Shown piece by piece: positions 45,598 to 55,729 of a DNA stretch of 64,000 bases (the stretch's first letter is position 1; every line of letters begins with the position of its first letter). The notes below the pieces were generated by a model, which was given only the letters and a program-made list of their open reading frames with translations, was not told the DNA's origin and made no database searches. The DNA comes from Candidatus Dormiibacterota bacterium (GTDB lineage: Bacteria; Chloroflexota; Dormibacteria; Aeolococcales; Bog-877): NCBI GenBank assembly GCA_963804565.1, contig CAWDQV010000001.1:229134-293133 (forward strand), given 5' to 3'. Both the position numbers and the translations under genes were made by a program.

Positions 45598-46486
45598 GGG
45601 CCATGCCTCCTCCCACCAGGTGAACCACCTCGAGATCGTCTCCCGCGTTGAGGGCCGCACCATCCAGTTGGGAGGCTCGGAAGATCTCCCCGTTCCGCTC
45701 AACCACAACACCATCCAGCCCGACTTGGAGAAGCAGCAGAAAGTCCCTGATCGAACTGCCCGGAGGACACTTCCGCAGGTCTCCATTCACTCGGAGCTGG
45801 ATCCACGGCGTCGCCGCGGCGATCTCCGCCTTGATCGCTGCCGCCGCCTCCCGGGGGTCATCGGCCCGACAGATGGCGCGGACCACCCCCACCATGTCCG
45901 CTCCAGCCACGACCGCCCGCCCCGCGGTCCCCGGCCCCAGGCCCCCGATCGCCACCACCGGCACCGTTGAACGCGCTGCCGCCAGGGTGACATGCTCGAA
46001 GCCGACCGCGGGACGGCCCGGCTTAGTGGGAGTCGCGTGAACTGGACCGGCTGAAAGGTAATCCACCGGCTGGCTGGCAGCCCGAAGCACCTGGCCATTT
46101 GAGTGGGTCGAGAGCCCAATCAGAGGATCCGGGCCTAGTTGGGTTCGGGCGGCCTCCGGATCGAGGTCGGACTGGCCGATATGGACGCCATCGGCCCCGA
46201 TTTCGGCCGCTAGAGGTACGTGGTCGTCGATCAGAAACAGCGCGCCTCCTGCGTGTGCCGCCTCCAAGCAGTCGACGGCGCAGGACCTGAGGGTCTTCTC
46301 ATCCGCCTCTTTGCGGCGAAGCTGCACCACCTCTACTCCGCCCTCGACCGCTCGCGAAATCAGCCGGGGCAGCTCAGGCGCGGGCGTTTCGTCATCGGTC
46401 ACCAGATACAGCCTGGCCGCGCGCAGCTGGGCTCTGCGGGCCAGACCGGCCGTAGACCGGGACGGCCCCACCCAGGCCTGGGACAT
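45590..46486 (-). CDS. thiE: Thiamine-phosphate synthase ThiE fused to C-terminal ThiS sulfur carrier
   Basis: LYLVTD, VQLRRK, DGVHIGQSD, GLSTH, TPTK, AIGG; then LRVNG...VVERNGE...GDDLEVVHLVGGG-MARG. Confidence 0.9.
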   Translation of the reverse strand: MSQAWVGPSRSTAGLARRAQLRAARLYLVTDDETPAPELPRLISRAVEGGVEVVQLRRKEADEKTLRSCAVDCLEAAHAGGALFLIDDHVPLAAEIGADGVHIGQSDLDPEAARTQLGPDPLIGLSTHSNGQVLRAASQPVDYLSAGPVHATPTKPGRPAVGFEHVTLAAARSTVPVVAIGGLGPGTAGRAVVAGADMVGVVRAICRADDPREAAAAIKAEIAAATPWIQLRVNGDLRKCPPGSSIRDFLLLLQVGLDGVVVERNGEIFRASQLDGAALNAGDDLEVVHLVGGGMARG

Positions 46487-46489
46487 GGG

Positions 46490-47654
46490 TCAATTGTATT
46501 CAGCCTCGCCCGACGAAACGCCAGGCCAGGACTCGCGTGGGACGCGCCCTAGCAGAGCCGTGGTGACTTCGTAGTTGATCGTGCCCAGCCGCTCGGCTAC
46601 GGTCTCGGCGCTCAGCCTGGCATGGCCGTCTTCACCGATCAGGGTCGCAATGTCTCCCACGTGAACCTCAGGGGGCTCGGAGACATCCACCATGCTCAGA
46701 TCCATGGAAACGTGCCCGACCAGTGGCCGCTCGCGGCCCCCGATTAGCACAGCACCCCAGTTCTTGGGGCCTCGACGAAATCCGTCCCCGTATCCGACGG
46801 GCAGGGTGGCGATCAGCATCGCGCGCTCGGAGCGGAAGCCGTCCTCGTACCCCACGTAGGTGCCGGATCTGATTCTGTGCGATCTGGGCCACGGTGGTTC
46901 GGAAGCTCAGGACCGGCTCGCGTTGCCGGCCGTCCGGCGTACGGAGGCCCAGCATCTCGATCCCCGACCGGACCAGGTCAAGTCGGGAGCTGGGAACCGT
47001 CTGCCACGCGGCGCTGTTGGCAGCGTGGCGCAGGCGGAAGTGGTGGCCCGTTGCCTCAGTCGACTTGAGCGCCTTCATGAATCGCCCCAGCTGCTCCTCG
47101 GTGGCATCCCGGTCGGCACCTTTCCGAAAGTGGGTGTAGCAGCCCTCTAGCTCGACGTGACGGAGTCCCTTTGCGCGCTCCACGAACTCCGCCAGGTCAC
47201 CCCATGCGACCCCAAGTCGGGTCATGCCAGTGTCGACCTTGAGATGAGCCGTGGCGGGACGTCCCTGCTCGGCCCCCGCCATGTCGAGGGCCCCTAGGAC
47301 GTCCCGGTCGAAGACGGTTACCGCCAACCGTCCGGCGACGGCCGCGGAGACCTGCTCGGGCGGGGTGTACCCCAGCACCAGGATCGGAGCAGCAATTCCG
47401 TCGTGGCGCAGCTCCATTGCCTCAGAGACCGTGGCGGTTGCCACCCAGCTGGCACCGTGGCGAAGAGCGGTCCGGGCCACCGCGACCGAACCGTGCCCGT
47501 AGGCTGCGGCCTTCACCACAGCCATCAAGGGCACGCCGGCGAGCTCGCCGACCATAGCGGCCACATTCCGTCCCAGCGCATCCTGGTCGAGCTCGATCCA
47601 GGTGGGACGTCTCCTCGACCGGAAAGGCGCGGCTCGCACGTTCGGGTCGGTCAC
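46490..47654 (-). CDS. alr: Alanine racemase (frameshift near 46875)
   Basis: AVVKAAAYGHG, HLKVDTGMTRLG, HAANSAA, PVGYGDG, VSMD, TINYE. Confidence 0.93.
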
Positions 47655-48934
47655 CCGCTCGCATCCCGAGCCGATCCCACAGCCTCCTGCTGCCGGCGAA
47701 CAGCCTCCTGCACCTCGACCAGCGCATCCGCAATCTCACTGGCGAGAATCCCCGCTCGGCCGCGCAGGAGGGAGAGGCGAGTGCCAGCCTCACCGTGGAG
47801 AAAGACGGCGGTCCGTGCGCCCTGGTAAGGATCCAGCCCCTGCGCCAGCAGAGCGCCGGTCAGGCCGGCCAGGACATCGCCGGTGCCGCCGGTGGCAAGT
47901 GCGGACGTCGCATGGTCATCGACCCAGCTGTCCCCGCCGGGTTCCGCAACAACGGTTCCAGCGCCCTTCAACACCAGCACCACCTGCAGCTCCCGGGCCA
48001 TCCGCCTGGCAAAGCCAACCCGGTCACTTTCGATCGCCGCGACCCCGATCCGGGCCAACCGGGCGGCCTCTAGAGGGTGCGGGGTGAGCACACTTCCATG
48101 GGGGATTCGCCGGAGCAGCCCCTCCTCGCCGGCGCAAACGTTGAGGGCGTCGGCGTCAAGGACCAGGCGCCAGCTTGCCTGGCCCGCCATCTCGAAGAGT
48201 TCCTCGAGAAGCTCCTTGGTCGACTCCGTCTGGCCCAGGCCGGGGCCGCAGACGACCGACTGGGCATCCTTGAGGGCAGGACCCGCCTGCCGCAGGGCTT
48301 CGGCGCCCAAGGTAGGTCCGACCGGCACCAGGATCAACTCGGGAGGAGCGCCGGCCGGCCCGGCCCCCGCCGCTAGTGCCTTGACCTTGCCCGCGCCTCC
48401 GCGAAGGGCTCCCCGAGCGCAGAGCAAAGCGGCCCCCGGGAACTCCGGGCTTCCCGCGACGACGACCGTGGTGCCGAAGGTGCCCTTGTGGCTCACGTCC
48501 GGGCGCTCTGGCATCCGTAGGTCTGGTGGCAGCTTCCCCCAGAGCCATCGGCTTCTCCGGCCCAGGGGACTCAGGGCGGCCACCGCGATCCCCAGGCCCG
48601 CATCGTGTGTGAGGCTGATGGTTAGGCCCTCGACCGGTACACCCTCCACCAGCGCAGCCGGAGCGCCGCCAGGTCGCCTGACAACGGCAACGTGGCTGTA
48701 CAGAGGGATCGCCCACCCCAACCCACCAAACACCTTGCGAACCGCCTCCTTGGCCGCCCAGCGGGCTGCCAGGCGCTCGGGGCGCCCCTCGCAGTAGTCG
48801 GCCTCCGACTTCGTGAAGTACTTGGTCAGGAATTCGGGCCTGCGCTCAGCCAGCCCTCGAATGCGATCGACCGAACTCACGTCCACCCCCACCACCACCG
48901 GGGGGTTCACACCCTCTGGGGACGGCAGGCTCAC
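47651..48934 (-). CDS. acpS: Fusion of holo-ACP synthase (AcpS) and NAD(P)HX dehydratase (NnrD)
   Basis: N-terminal VGVD, ARWAAKEA, ISLTHD; C-terminal HKGTFG, GPGLG, VLDADAL, TPHPLEAARL, LKGAGT, LATGGTGDVLAG; one continuous ORF. Confidence 0.88.
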   Translation of the reverse strand: MSLPSPEGVNPPVVVGVDVSSVDRIRGLAERRPEFLTKYFTKSEADYCEGRPERLAARWAAKEAVRKVFGGLGWAIPLYSHVAVVRRPGGAPAALVEGVPVEGLTISLTHDAGLGIAVAALSPLGRRSRWLWGKLPPDLRMPERPDVSHKGTFGTTVVVAGSPEFPGAALLCARGALRGGAGKVKALAAGAGPAGAPPELILVPVGPTLGAEALRQAGPALKDAQSVVCGPGLGQTESTKELLEELFEMAGQASWRLVLDADALNVCAGEEGLLRRIPHGSVLTPHPLEAARLARIGVAAIESDRVGFARRMARELQVVLVLKGAGTVVAEPGGDSWVDDHATSALATGGTGDVLAGLTGALLAQGLDPYQGARTAVFLHGEAGTRLSLLRGRAGILASEIADALVEVQEAVRRQQEAVGSARDASG

Positions 48935-50763
48935 TCGACGGTGACGGACTTGGCCAGGTTCCTGGGCCGGTCCACGTCTAGTTCCTTGCTCATGGCGGCG
49001 TGGTAGGCCAGCAGCTGCCCCACCAGTGCGGTGGTCATCGGAGCGACCATCTCAGGGAGCCGCGGCACCTGAATTAGGTAGTCCGCGACCCCATCTAGTG
49101 TCGAATCACCGTCGTTGATGATCGCCAGGATGGGGCTCTGGCGGGCCTTGGACTCCTGGACGTTGCTGCGAATCTTCTCCCGAGTTGCAGACTCGGTGGC
49201 GAAGGCCACCACCGGCATACCCGGCTCCAAGAGCGCGATCGGACCGTGCTTCAGCTCTCCCGCCGGATGAGCCTCCGCATGGACATAGGAGACCTCCTTC
49301 AGCTTGAGAGCCGCCTCCATCGCCGCCGGATAGTTGTAGCCCCGTCCCACGTAGAGCGCGGACTGGAAGCCGGCCAGCCATTTGCCCATCGGAGCGATCA
49401 GATCCTCACGATCCAGGATCTGGCGCTGCACTGCCGGGACTGCCCGAAGGGCGGCCGCCAGCTCCCGCCGGTCAGCCTCGGCGATCGTCCCCCGCGCCTG
49501 AGCGAGCCTCATGGCCAACAGAAGGCCGCAGGCGACCTGGTTGACGAAGGTCTTGGTCGCGACCACACAGACCTCCGGGCCGGCGTGAGTGTTGACCACC
49601 GCATCCGCGTCCAGGGACAGGGTGCTGCCGACGACGTTGGTCAGGGCCAGCAGATGGCTGCCCTGGGATTGGGCGAGCCGGGCCGCGGCCAGGGTGTCCG
49701 CCGTCTCCCCGGACTGGGAGATGGCAACCATCATGGTTCGCCCGTCCGGAGGCTGAGGGCGATAGCGCCACTCTGACGCCACATCCACCGCCACCGGCAG
49801 CCCGGTGAGATCTTCGATCGCGTACTTGGTCAGGAGTCCGGCGATGTAGGCGGTCCCGGTACCGACAATCTGGATCCGCTCGAATGAGCGAAGTTCGTCG
49901 TCCCCTAGTGCCCAGTCGACGAACTCAACCCGACCATCACCCAGCAGACGGCCGCGGAGAGCGTTCTCCAGCGCCGCCGGCTGCTCGTTGATCTCCTTGG
50001 CCATGAAGCTGGGGAAACCGCCCCGCTCCGCCGCTATCACGTCCCAGTCCACTCGGACCACCCGGGGCACCGACTCGCTGCCGTCAGCGATCGAGCTGAT
50101 CACCGGTCCGACCGGGCTCAAGACGACCATGTCCCCTTCGCCCAGGACCAGGGCCTGCTTGGTGTAAGGGATGATCGCGGTCAGGTCAGAGCTGAGAAAC
50201 CACTCGTCTTGGCCAACGCCGACCACCAGCGGGGCATTGAGGCGAGCGCCAATCAGGGTGTCCGGATCGGTTGAACTGAGGACCACCACGGCATAGGCGC
50301 CAGACAGCCGTCCGAGGGCACGCCGAGTGGCGGCCACCAGGTCGCCCGCGTAGTACTCCTCGATCAGATGCGGCACGACTTCGCTGTCAGTCTCAGAGGT
50401 GAACTCGTGGCCGGCCAGCTGCAGTTCCTGCTTGAGCACCGCGAAGTTCTCGATGATCCCGTTGTGAATCACGAAGAAACGGCCGGTGCAGTCACTGTGC
50501 GGATGCGCATTGGCATAGGACGGACGACCGTGAGTGGCCCACCTGGTGTGGCCCATACCCACCCGGCCGATGATCTCGACCTTTTCACTGGCCGCCAAGA
50601 GTGCTGCGACCTTGCCTGGCGACTTGATCGCCTTGGCGGTCCCGTCACCCTCGAGGACCACCACTCCTGCTGAGTCGTACCCTCGATACTCCAGGCGCTG
50701 GAGGCTGTCCAGCAGCACCGGGGCGGCAGCCCTGGTCCCCAGGTATCCGATGATCCCACACAC
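48931..50763 (-). CDS. glmS: Glutamine-fructose-6-phosphate aminotransferase
   Basis: MCGIIG, LEYRGYDSAG, HTRWATHG, SQSGETADT, PRNLAKSVTVE. Confidence 0.98.
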   Translation of the reverse strand: MCGIIGYLGTRAAAPVLLDSLQRLEYRGYDSAGVVVLEGDGTAKAIKSPGKVAALLAASEKVEIIGRVGMGHTRWATHGRPSYANAHPHSDCTGRFFVIHNGIIENFAVLKQELQLAGHEFTSETDSEVVPHLIEEYYAGDLVAATRRALGRLSGAYAVVVLSSTDPDTLIGARLNAPLVVGVGQDEWFLSSDLTAIIPYTKQALVLGEGDMVVLSPVGPVISSIADGSESVPRVVRVDWDVIAAERGGFPSFMAKEINEQPAALENALRGRLLGDGRVEFVDWALGDDELRSFERIQIVGTGTAYIAGLLTKYAIEDLTGLPVAVDVASEWRYRPQPPDGRTMMVAISQSGETADTLAAARLAQSQGSHLLALTNVVGSTLSLDADAVVNTHAGPEVCVVATKTFVNQVACGLLLAMRLAQARGTIAEADRRELAAALRAVPAVQRQILDREDLIAPMGKWLAGFQSALYVGRGYNYPAAMEAALKLKEVSYVHAEAHPAGELKHGPIALLEPGMPVVAFATESATREKIRSNVQESKARQSPILAIINDGDSTLDGVADYLIQVPRLPEMVAPMTTALVGQLLAYHAAMSKELDVDRPRNLAKSVTVE

Positions 50764-50847
50764 GATCTGGCTACCTACCTCCCTCTTCGGTCGGCAACAT
50801 CCCCACCTTGAACGCCACCCCTCGAGGCCAGGTTACTCCGGTCTGAC

Positions 50848-51838
50848 TCACGAACTGGGTGTAGGAGTTGGCGTTGGCGTCGGTGTCGGCGTCGGTACCG
50901 GCACGATAGTGATCACCACTGTGACGTAGCTACTGGATAGGGTGGTGCCATTCGGAGTGACCAGCTGCCCAGTGGCGGTTGTGCTCGACGTGTCGTGGCT
51001 CAGGTCTATCGGCTCAGTGCTCACCGAGGTCAGCGCGGTGAGTATCGAGCTTGGTCCACTGACGGTGACCGTGGCCGGAGTCACCACGATTCCCGTGATC
51101 ACGTAGCCAGAGGCCGGCTCACCGTTGCCCGAGAAGGTGGGGATGACGGGCAGCGGCGTCTCGCTGTTGACCGAGGTGATCGCCGCCTCGACGGTCACAA
51201 ACGTTGGGGTCCACGTCAACTCGTCCCCCAGACCGTTGGCGTTGGTGATCTGGACGGTCTCCTGGAACGGCAGGGAGATGCGCGCTGTCGACAGATTGAC
51301 CACGGCCTCCGCCTGAAGGTTGCCCAGCACGCCCTCCGGACCTCGAACGCTGATGTCCGATGGGGTGATCGTTGTCTTGGCAACGTTGAGGGTGTACCCG
51401 GCCGGTGGCGCAGCGATCACCTTGAGATGTACCGGGATCGACATGGTGGCCAAACTGTCGATCACGACGGGAACCGTCCTGGGAGCAGACCAGATCCAGA
51501 CGCTGTCGTCGGTCTGCTGCACGCTCAATTTGACGTTGTACTTGCCTGGCTTGGTGATCTGGCTCAGATCGGCGGTAGCTGACAACTCTTCCGCCACCTC
51601 GCGGCTCTTGACGTTGCTCGTCACGCCGGCCACCTTGATCGCAACCGAGCCGATGGGATGCAGCAGCACCAGCCCTGAATGCAGGATTCCCCCCGGTTGG
51701 ACCCGGACGTTGTAGGTGTTGATCGCCGGCGGATCGCTGGCGTACACGACTCCAACCCACATTCCGCAGGCGACCACGACCGCGATCAGCTTGAGCCGGA
51801 AGTTGCGAGTGACCAAGCGGGCAGAGTTGTCCGATCAT
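50848..51838 (-). CDS. cdaR: YbbR-domain CdaA regulator
   Basis: N-terminal TM (NFRLKLIAVVVACGMW), YbbR-like repeats (P..I.VRGP) and a PT tail; ATG 51838 is out of frame with the ORF starting 51816, so the start is uncertain. Confidence 0.85.
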
Positions 51839-52752
51839 GGCCGCCTCAACCCCGGAGCGACCGCCGGTTCTCTCGACCCACGGCCCAATAGTCGCAGGCT
51901 GCGCCGGTGACGCTCATAGAGGGGAAGTCGGTAGAAGGCCCCCAGCCGGTTGGTCAGAGCGTCCACATCGAGTTCGCCTTGCAGCTCTCCGCCCAGCGCG
52001 AGGCTTACCCGTCCGGATTCTTCGGACACCACCACCACCGCCGCGTCAGTGGCCTGGCTGAGCCCGATGGCCGCCCGGTGTCGCGTTCCCACTCGGCCGG
52101 GGCGGCCAGTCTGTTCCGCTAAAGGCAACACACATCCGGCGGCCACCACTCGACCAGCCCGAATCAGGGCGGCGCCATCGTGCAGCGGAGAACGGTAGGT
52201 GAAGATCGTCACCAGGGTCTCGGCGCTAAGGATGGCATCCATCCTGACCCCGGTCGCCGCGATCTCCTCCAGCCCGATGTCGCCCTGAAGAACGATCAGC
52301 GCTCCGGTCGACGCCTCGGCCAACCTCATCGTGCCGCGCACCATTTCGTCCACGTCCCGCTTCAGTTCCGCCGTGTCTGGTGCCAGTAGGCCGGGAGGAA
52401 TCCGCCCCAGCCGGCCCATCTGGTCTAGCGCTCGACGCAGTTCGGGCTGAAACAGAATGACTACCGCGATCAGGATCACCTCGCCGCCATTGCTGAAGAT
52501 GAACTTCAGGACCGGCAGGTTGAGGATGTTGGCAATCGCACCGAGCGCGCCCAGGAGCAAGAGACCGAGAAGCAACTGGACCGCCTGTGTCCCTCGGATC
52601 AAGAGCAGGAGTCGGTACGCCAGGAAGGCGATGATCAGGACATCGAGAATGTCCCTCCAGCCCACGGTGTGGAGCAGAACCCGCGCCGCGTCTCCGACGT
52701 TCAGGCTGGCCACCGTGGAATGCCATTCCGCTAACCAGGACAGCTCGGTCAT
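51835..52752 (-). CDS. cdaA: Diadenylate cyclase (c-di-AMP synthase)
   Basis: Three TM segments, FQPELRRAL, PLHDGA, GTRHRAA, VSEESG. Confidence 0.95.
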   Translation of the reverse strand: MTELSWLAEWHSTVASLNVGDAARVLLHTVGWRDILDVLIIAFLAYRLLLLIRGTQAVQLLLGLLLLGALGAIANILNLPVLKFIFSNGGEVILIAVVILFQPELRRALDQMGRLGRIPPGLLAPDTAELKRDVDEMVRGTMRLAEASTGALIVLQGDIGLEEIAATGVRMDAILSAETLVTIFTYRSPLHDGAALIRAGRVVAAGCVLPLAEQTGRPGRVGTRHRAAIGLSQATDAAVVVVSEESGRVSLALGGELQGELDVDALTNRLGAFYRLPLYERHRRSLRLLGRGSREPAVAPGLRRP

Positions 52753-53643
52753 GACTCCCCAGGCCCTGGGGCGAAGACCTCGGTCAAGAGCGCCAACTGC
52801 ACCCAGTAGCGATTTTCGGCCTGGGTGAACACCACCGACTGAGGCCCATCCAAGACCTCATCGGTTATCTCCTCGCCCCGGTGGGCGGGTAGGCAGTGCA
52901 TCACCTTGGCACCCTTGGGAGCCTTGCCGAGGAGCGCCCGGTTCACTTGATACGGTCCGAAGTCCTGGCGCCGGTCCTCATGCTGCTCCTCCTGGCCCAT
53001 GGAAGTCCAGACATCGGTGTAGATGATCTCCGTATCGGCCAGCGCGGCCTCCAGGGTCGACGAGGGATAAGCGGGCTCGTAACCCGGTGGGCTGACTACC
53101 CGCAGATCCATGCCGACAACCTCGGCCGCTTCCATGAGCGAGCTGCAGACGTTGTTCTGCCCGTCGCCGACAAAGGTGATCCTGGCACCCTCCAGATGCC
53201 CCAATTCCTCCTCTATGGTCAGGCAGTCCGCCAGGATCTGGCAGGGATGTCCCCGGTCCGTCATAGCATTGATCACCGGCCCCTGCATGGCTTGGGCCAG
53301 TCCTCGAAGATCACGGTCGGAGGGAATCCTGGCCACCAGCCCGGCGACGTAGCGGTCCAGGATTCGACCGACGTCGGAGACGGACTCCCGCCGACCCATT
53401 TCGATCTCCCGTTCGAAGAGGGCGATGGGGTGCCCACCCAACCGGTGGATGGCAGCCTCGAAGGACACCCTGGTGCGGTTGCTTGGTCGCAGAAAGACCA
53501 TCGCGACTGACCTCCGGGCCAGCAGTGTCCCCGGATCCTGTCCGCCCTTCAAGGCGGCGGCGGTTTCCAGCAGTCCTCGAAGTTCGCTCGCGGCTCAGAT
53601 CGGATACCGCTAGAAGGTCGCGCCCTCGAAGGTCTTCGCTCAC
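52749..53643 (-). CDS. argF: Ornithine carbamoyltransferase (frameshift near 53580)
   Basis: SNRT, HPCQ, DVWTSMG, HCLPAHRG, QAENR. Confidence 0.9.
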
Positions 53644-53716
53644 GTCACCCCATGGCTATATTGCGACCCGCCCGACCGGCGGACCTGGAATGGAACGGGT
53701 GTGTGTAAGGGTAGTT

Positions 53717-54121
53717 TCAGCGCTTGGTGTACTGCGGCGCTTTGCGGGCTCGCTTAAGGCCCGGCTTCTTGCGCTCCTTCATGCGTGGATCCCGGGTCAT
53801 CAACCCAGCAGCCTTGAGCGGCCCGCGCAACTCAGGGTCCCAGGCGCAGAGCGCTCTCGCCAGGCCGTGCGCCACCGCACCGGCCTGCCCAGACACCCCA
53901 CCTCCGACCACTTTGACCGAGATTCGGAATCGGTTGGTCAGCCCGGAGACCTCCAGAGGGCGGAGCGCCGCCTGTTCGAGTTCGCGCCGTCCGAAGTGTC
54001 TCAGCGGTTCGCGGTCATTGATGACCGTCGTGCCATCACCGGGATAGATCCGGACCCGTGCCACCGCTGTCTTGCGCCGGCCCGTCCCGTACGAGTACCT
54101 GGTCTGGTCCTGCTCGGTCAA
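53717..54121 (-). CDS. rpsI: 30S ribosomal protein S9
   Basis: [29 protein letters not shown]. Confidence 0.98.
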   Translation of the reverse strand: MTEQDQTRYSYGTGRRKTAVARVRIYPGDGTTVINDREPLRHFGRRELEQAALRPLEVSGLTNRFRISVKVVGGGVSGQAGAVAHGLARALCAWDPELRGPLKAAGLMTRDPRMKERKKPGLKRARKAPQYTKR

Positions 54122-54589
54122 AGCCTGATTACCTCTGCGTGATCGCCGAACTTGATAGCTACCGGACGCTGGGCTGTGTGCGGGTGGTCGCTGCCCGGAT
54201 AGATCTTCAGCCGGCGCAATTGGCGGTCGCCTAGGTTATTGTGCTGCAGCATGCCCGCGCACCGCCTCTCGCAACGGGGCCGTGGCGTCGCGGTCCACCA
54301 CCTCCTGGTAGGTCCGCTCCCGACGACCTCCGGGATACCCGCTGTAACGGTCATAGATCTTGTCGCTGCGCTTGGCTCCGGTGACCACTATCTCCGCAGC
54401 ATTGATCACTATCACCTGGTCGCCGCAGAGGGCGTGTGGGGTGTAGCTGGGTCGATGCTTGCCGCGCAAGACTCGAGCCAAGTTCACCGCCAGTCGCCCA
54501 AGAGTCTCACCCCGGGCATCAACCAGCACCCACTCTTCCTGGCCTGGCTTCTCCACTGCGACGAAGCTCTTCTGGGCGACGGTGCTCAC
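54118..54589 (-). CDS. rplM: 50S ribosomal protein L13 (frameshift near 54260)
   Basis: [24 protein letters not shown] and, in the next frame, GML..LKIY..HPHTAQ. Confidence 0.95.
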
Positions 54590-55371
54590 CGGCTGACCTC
54601 CGCCCTCGGAGTCGCGCGGTACTCGACCCTCCACTGGTGCAGGCCATGGGCTGGCGCAGTCTCCCAACGCGCGTGTCGCCGCTGTCCCGGGTCACCCAGT
54701 GCCATGGACACGTCGCCTGGTTCGGCTCGCCCTGTCCCGACCGCAACCAGGGCCCCGGCGAAGTTGCGCATCATGCCTCTGAGGAAGGCGTCGGCACGCA
54801 CCTCGATCGTCGCGACTCCGCAGTGCGCCGTGACGTCCGCCCGGTCCACGGTCCGGGTAGTCGACCCGGATGGGAATGGACTGCTGCCGAAGCTGGAAAA
54901 GTCGTGGGTGCCCAAGAGGTGGCGGGCCGCCTCGCGCATCGGGGTCAACTCCAATGGGGATTGGACGCGCCACTCGTACTGTCGCCCCACCGGGTCCTGG
55001 GCCTCGCGATGGCGGACCAGGTAGCGATAAGTCCGGCGCCATGCCTGCCACCTTGGATGAAAGTCGGAGTTCACGCGATCGGCCGCGAGCACGCCGATGT
55101 CATCGGGTAGGTAGGCGTTGCAGCCGCCCCTCAGAGCTTGCGGGGACCACGCCCCTTGGAGGCTGAAGGAGATCACCTGACCGTGGGCATGGGCACCGGC
55201 GTCGGTGCGACCAGCGGCCTTGATTACCGGGTCTTCGTTGGTCAGCCTACAGAGCGCCCGGCGCAGCTCACCCTGGACGGTTGCAACCTTGGCCTGAGCC
55301 TGCCATCCGTGGTAGCGGGTGCCGTCGTAGGCGACGACCATACGGTACGAGGCGGCGGACGAGCCAGCCAC
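54586..55371 (-). CDS. truA: tRNA pseudouridine(38-40) synthase
   Basis: YDGTRYHGWQ, AGRTDAGAHA, GTHDFSSF, FLRGMMR. Confidence 0.96.
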   Translation of the reverse strand: MAGSSAASYRMVVAYDGTRYHGWQAQAKVATVQGELRRALCRLTNEDPVIKAAGRTDAGAHAHGQVISFSLQGAWSPQALRGGCNAYLPDDIGVLAADRVNSDFHPRWQAWRRTYRYLVRHREAQDPVGRQYEWRVQSPLELTPMREAARHLLGTHDFSSFGSSPFPSGSTTRTVDRADVTAHCGVATIEVRADAFLRGMMRNFAGALVAVGTGRAEPGDVSMALGDPGQRRHARWETAPAHGLHQWRVEYRATPRAEVSR

Positions 55372-55724
55372 TATTCGACCATCTCCATGATCACCACTGG
55401 CGCCCCGTCGCCCTGACGCGGACCGCGCTTGATGATCCGGGTGTAGCCGCCGGGACGCTCTCGATAGCGGTCGGCGTATTGGGTGAACAGCTTCACCGCG
55501 ACATCCTCCCGCGAGATCACCCGTGCCACGCGCCGTCTCGAAGCCAGGTCATCGGTCTTGGCCACCGTCACCACGCGCTCCACCCAGCGGCGAATCTCCT
55601 TGGCCTTGGCCTCGGTCGTCTCGATCCGCCCATGCTCGAAGAGGGCGGTCGCCAGGTTGCGGGTCAGGGCAATCCGGTGCGCAGAGGTGCGGCCCAGCCG
55701 GCGGCCAGTCTTGAGATGGCGCAT
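55371..55724 (-). CDS. rplQ: 50S ribosomal protein L17
   Basis: MRH..GRRLGR, TTEAKAKE, RPGGYTRI. Confidence 0.98.
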   Translation of the reverse strand: MRHLKTGRRLGRTSAHRIALTRNLATALFEHGRIETTEAKAKEIRRWVERVVTVAKTDDLASRRRVARVISREDVAVKLFTQYADRYRERPGGYTRIIKRGPRQGDGAPVVIMEMVE

Positions 55725-55729
55725 TGGGC

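Noticed and set aside
46487-46560. TPP riboswitch upstream of thiE
   Set aside because: alr ends 3 nt before the thiE start and no aptamer core is visible.
50764-50847. glmS ribozyme upstream of glmS
   Set aside because: The gap is only 84 nt and lacks the AGCGCC...GACGAGG core.
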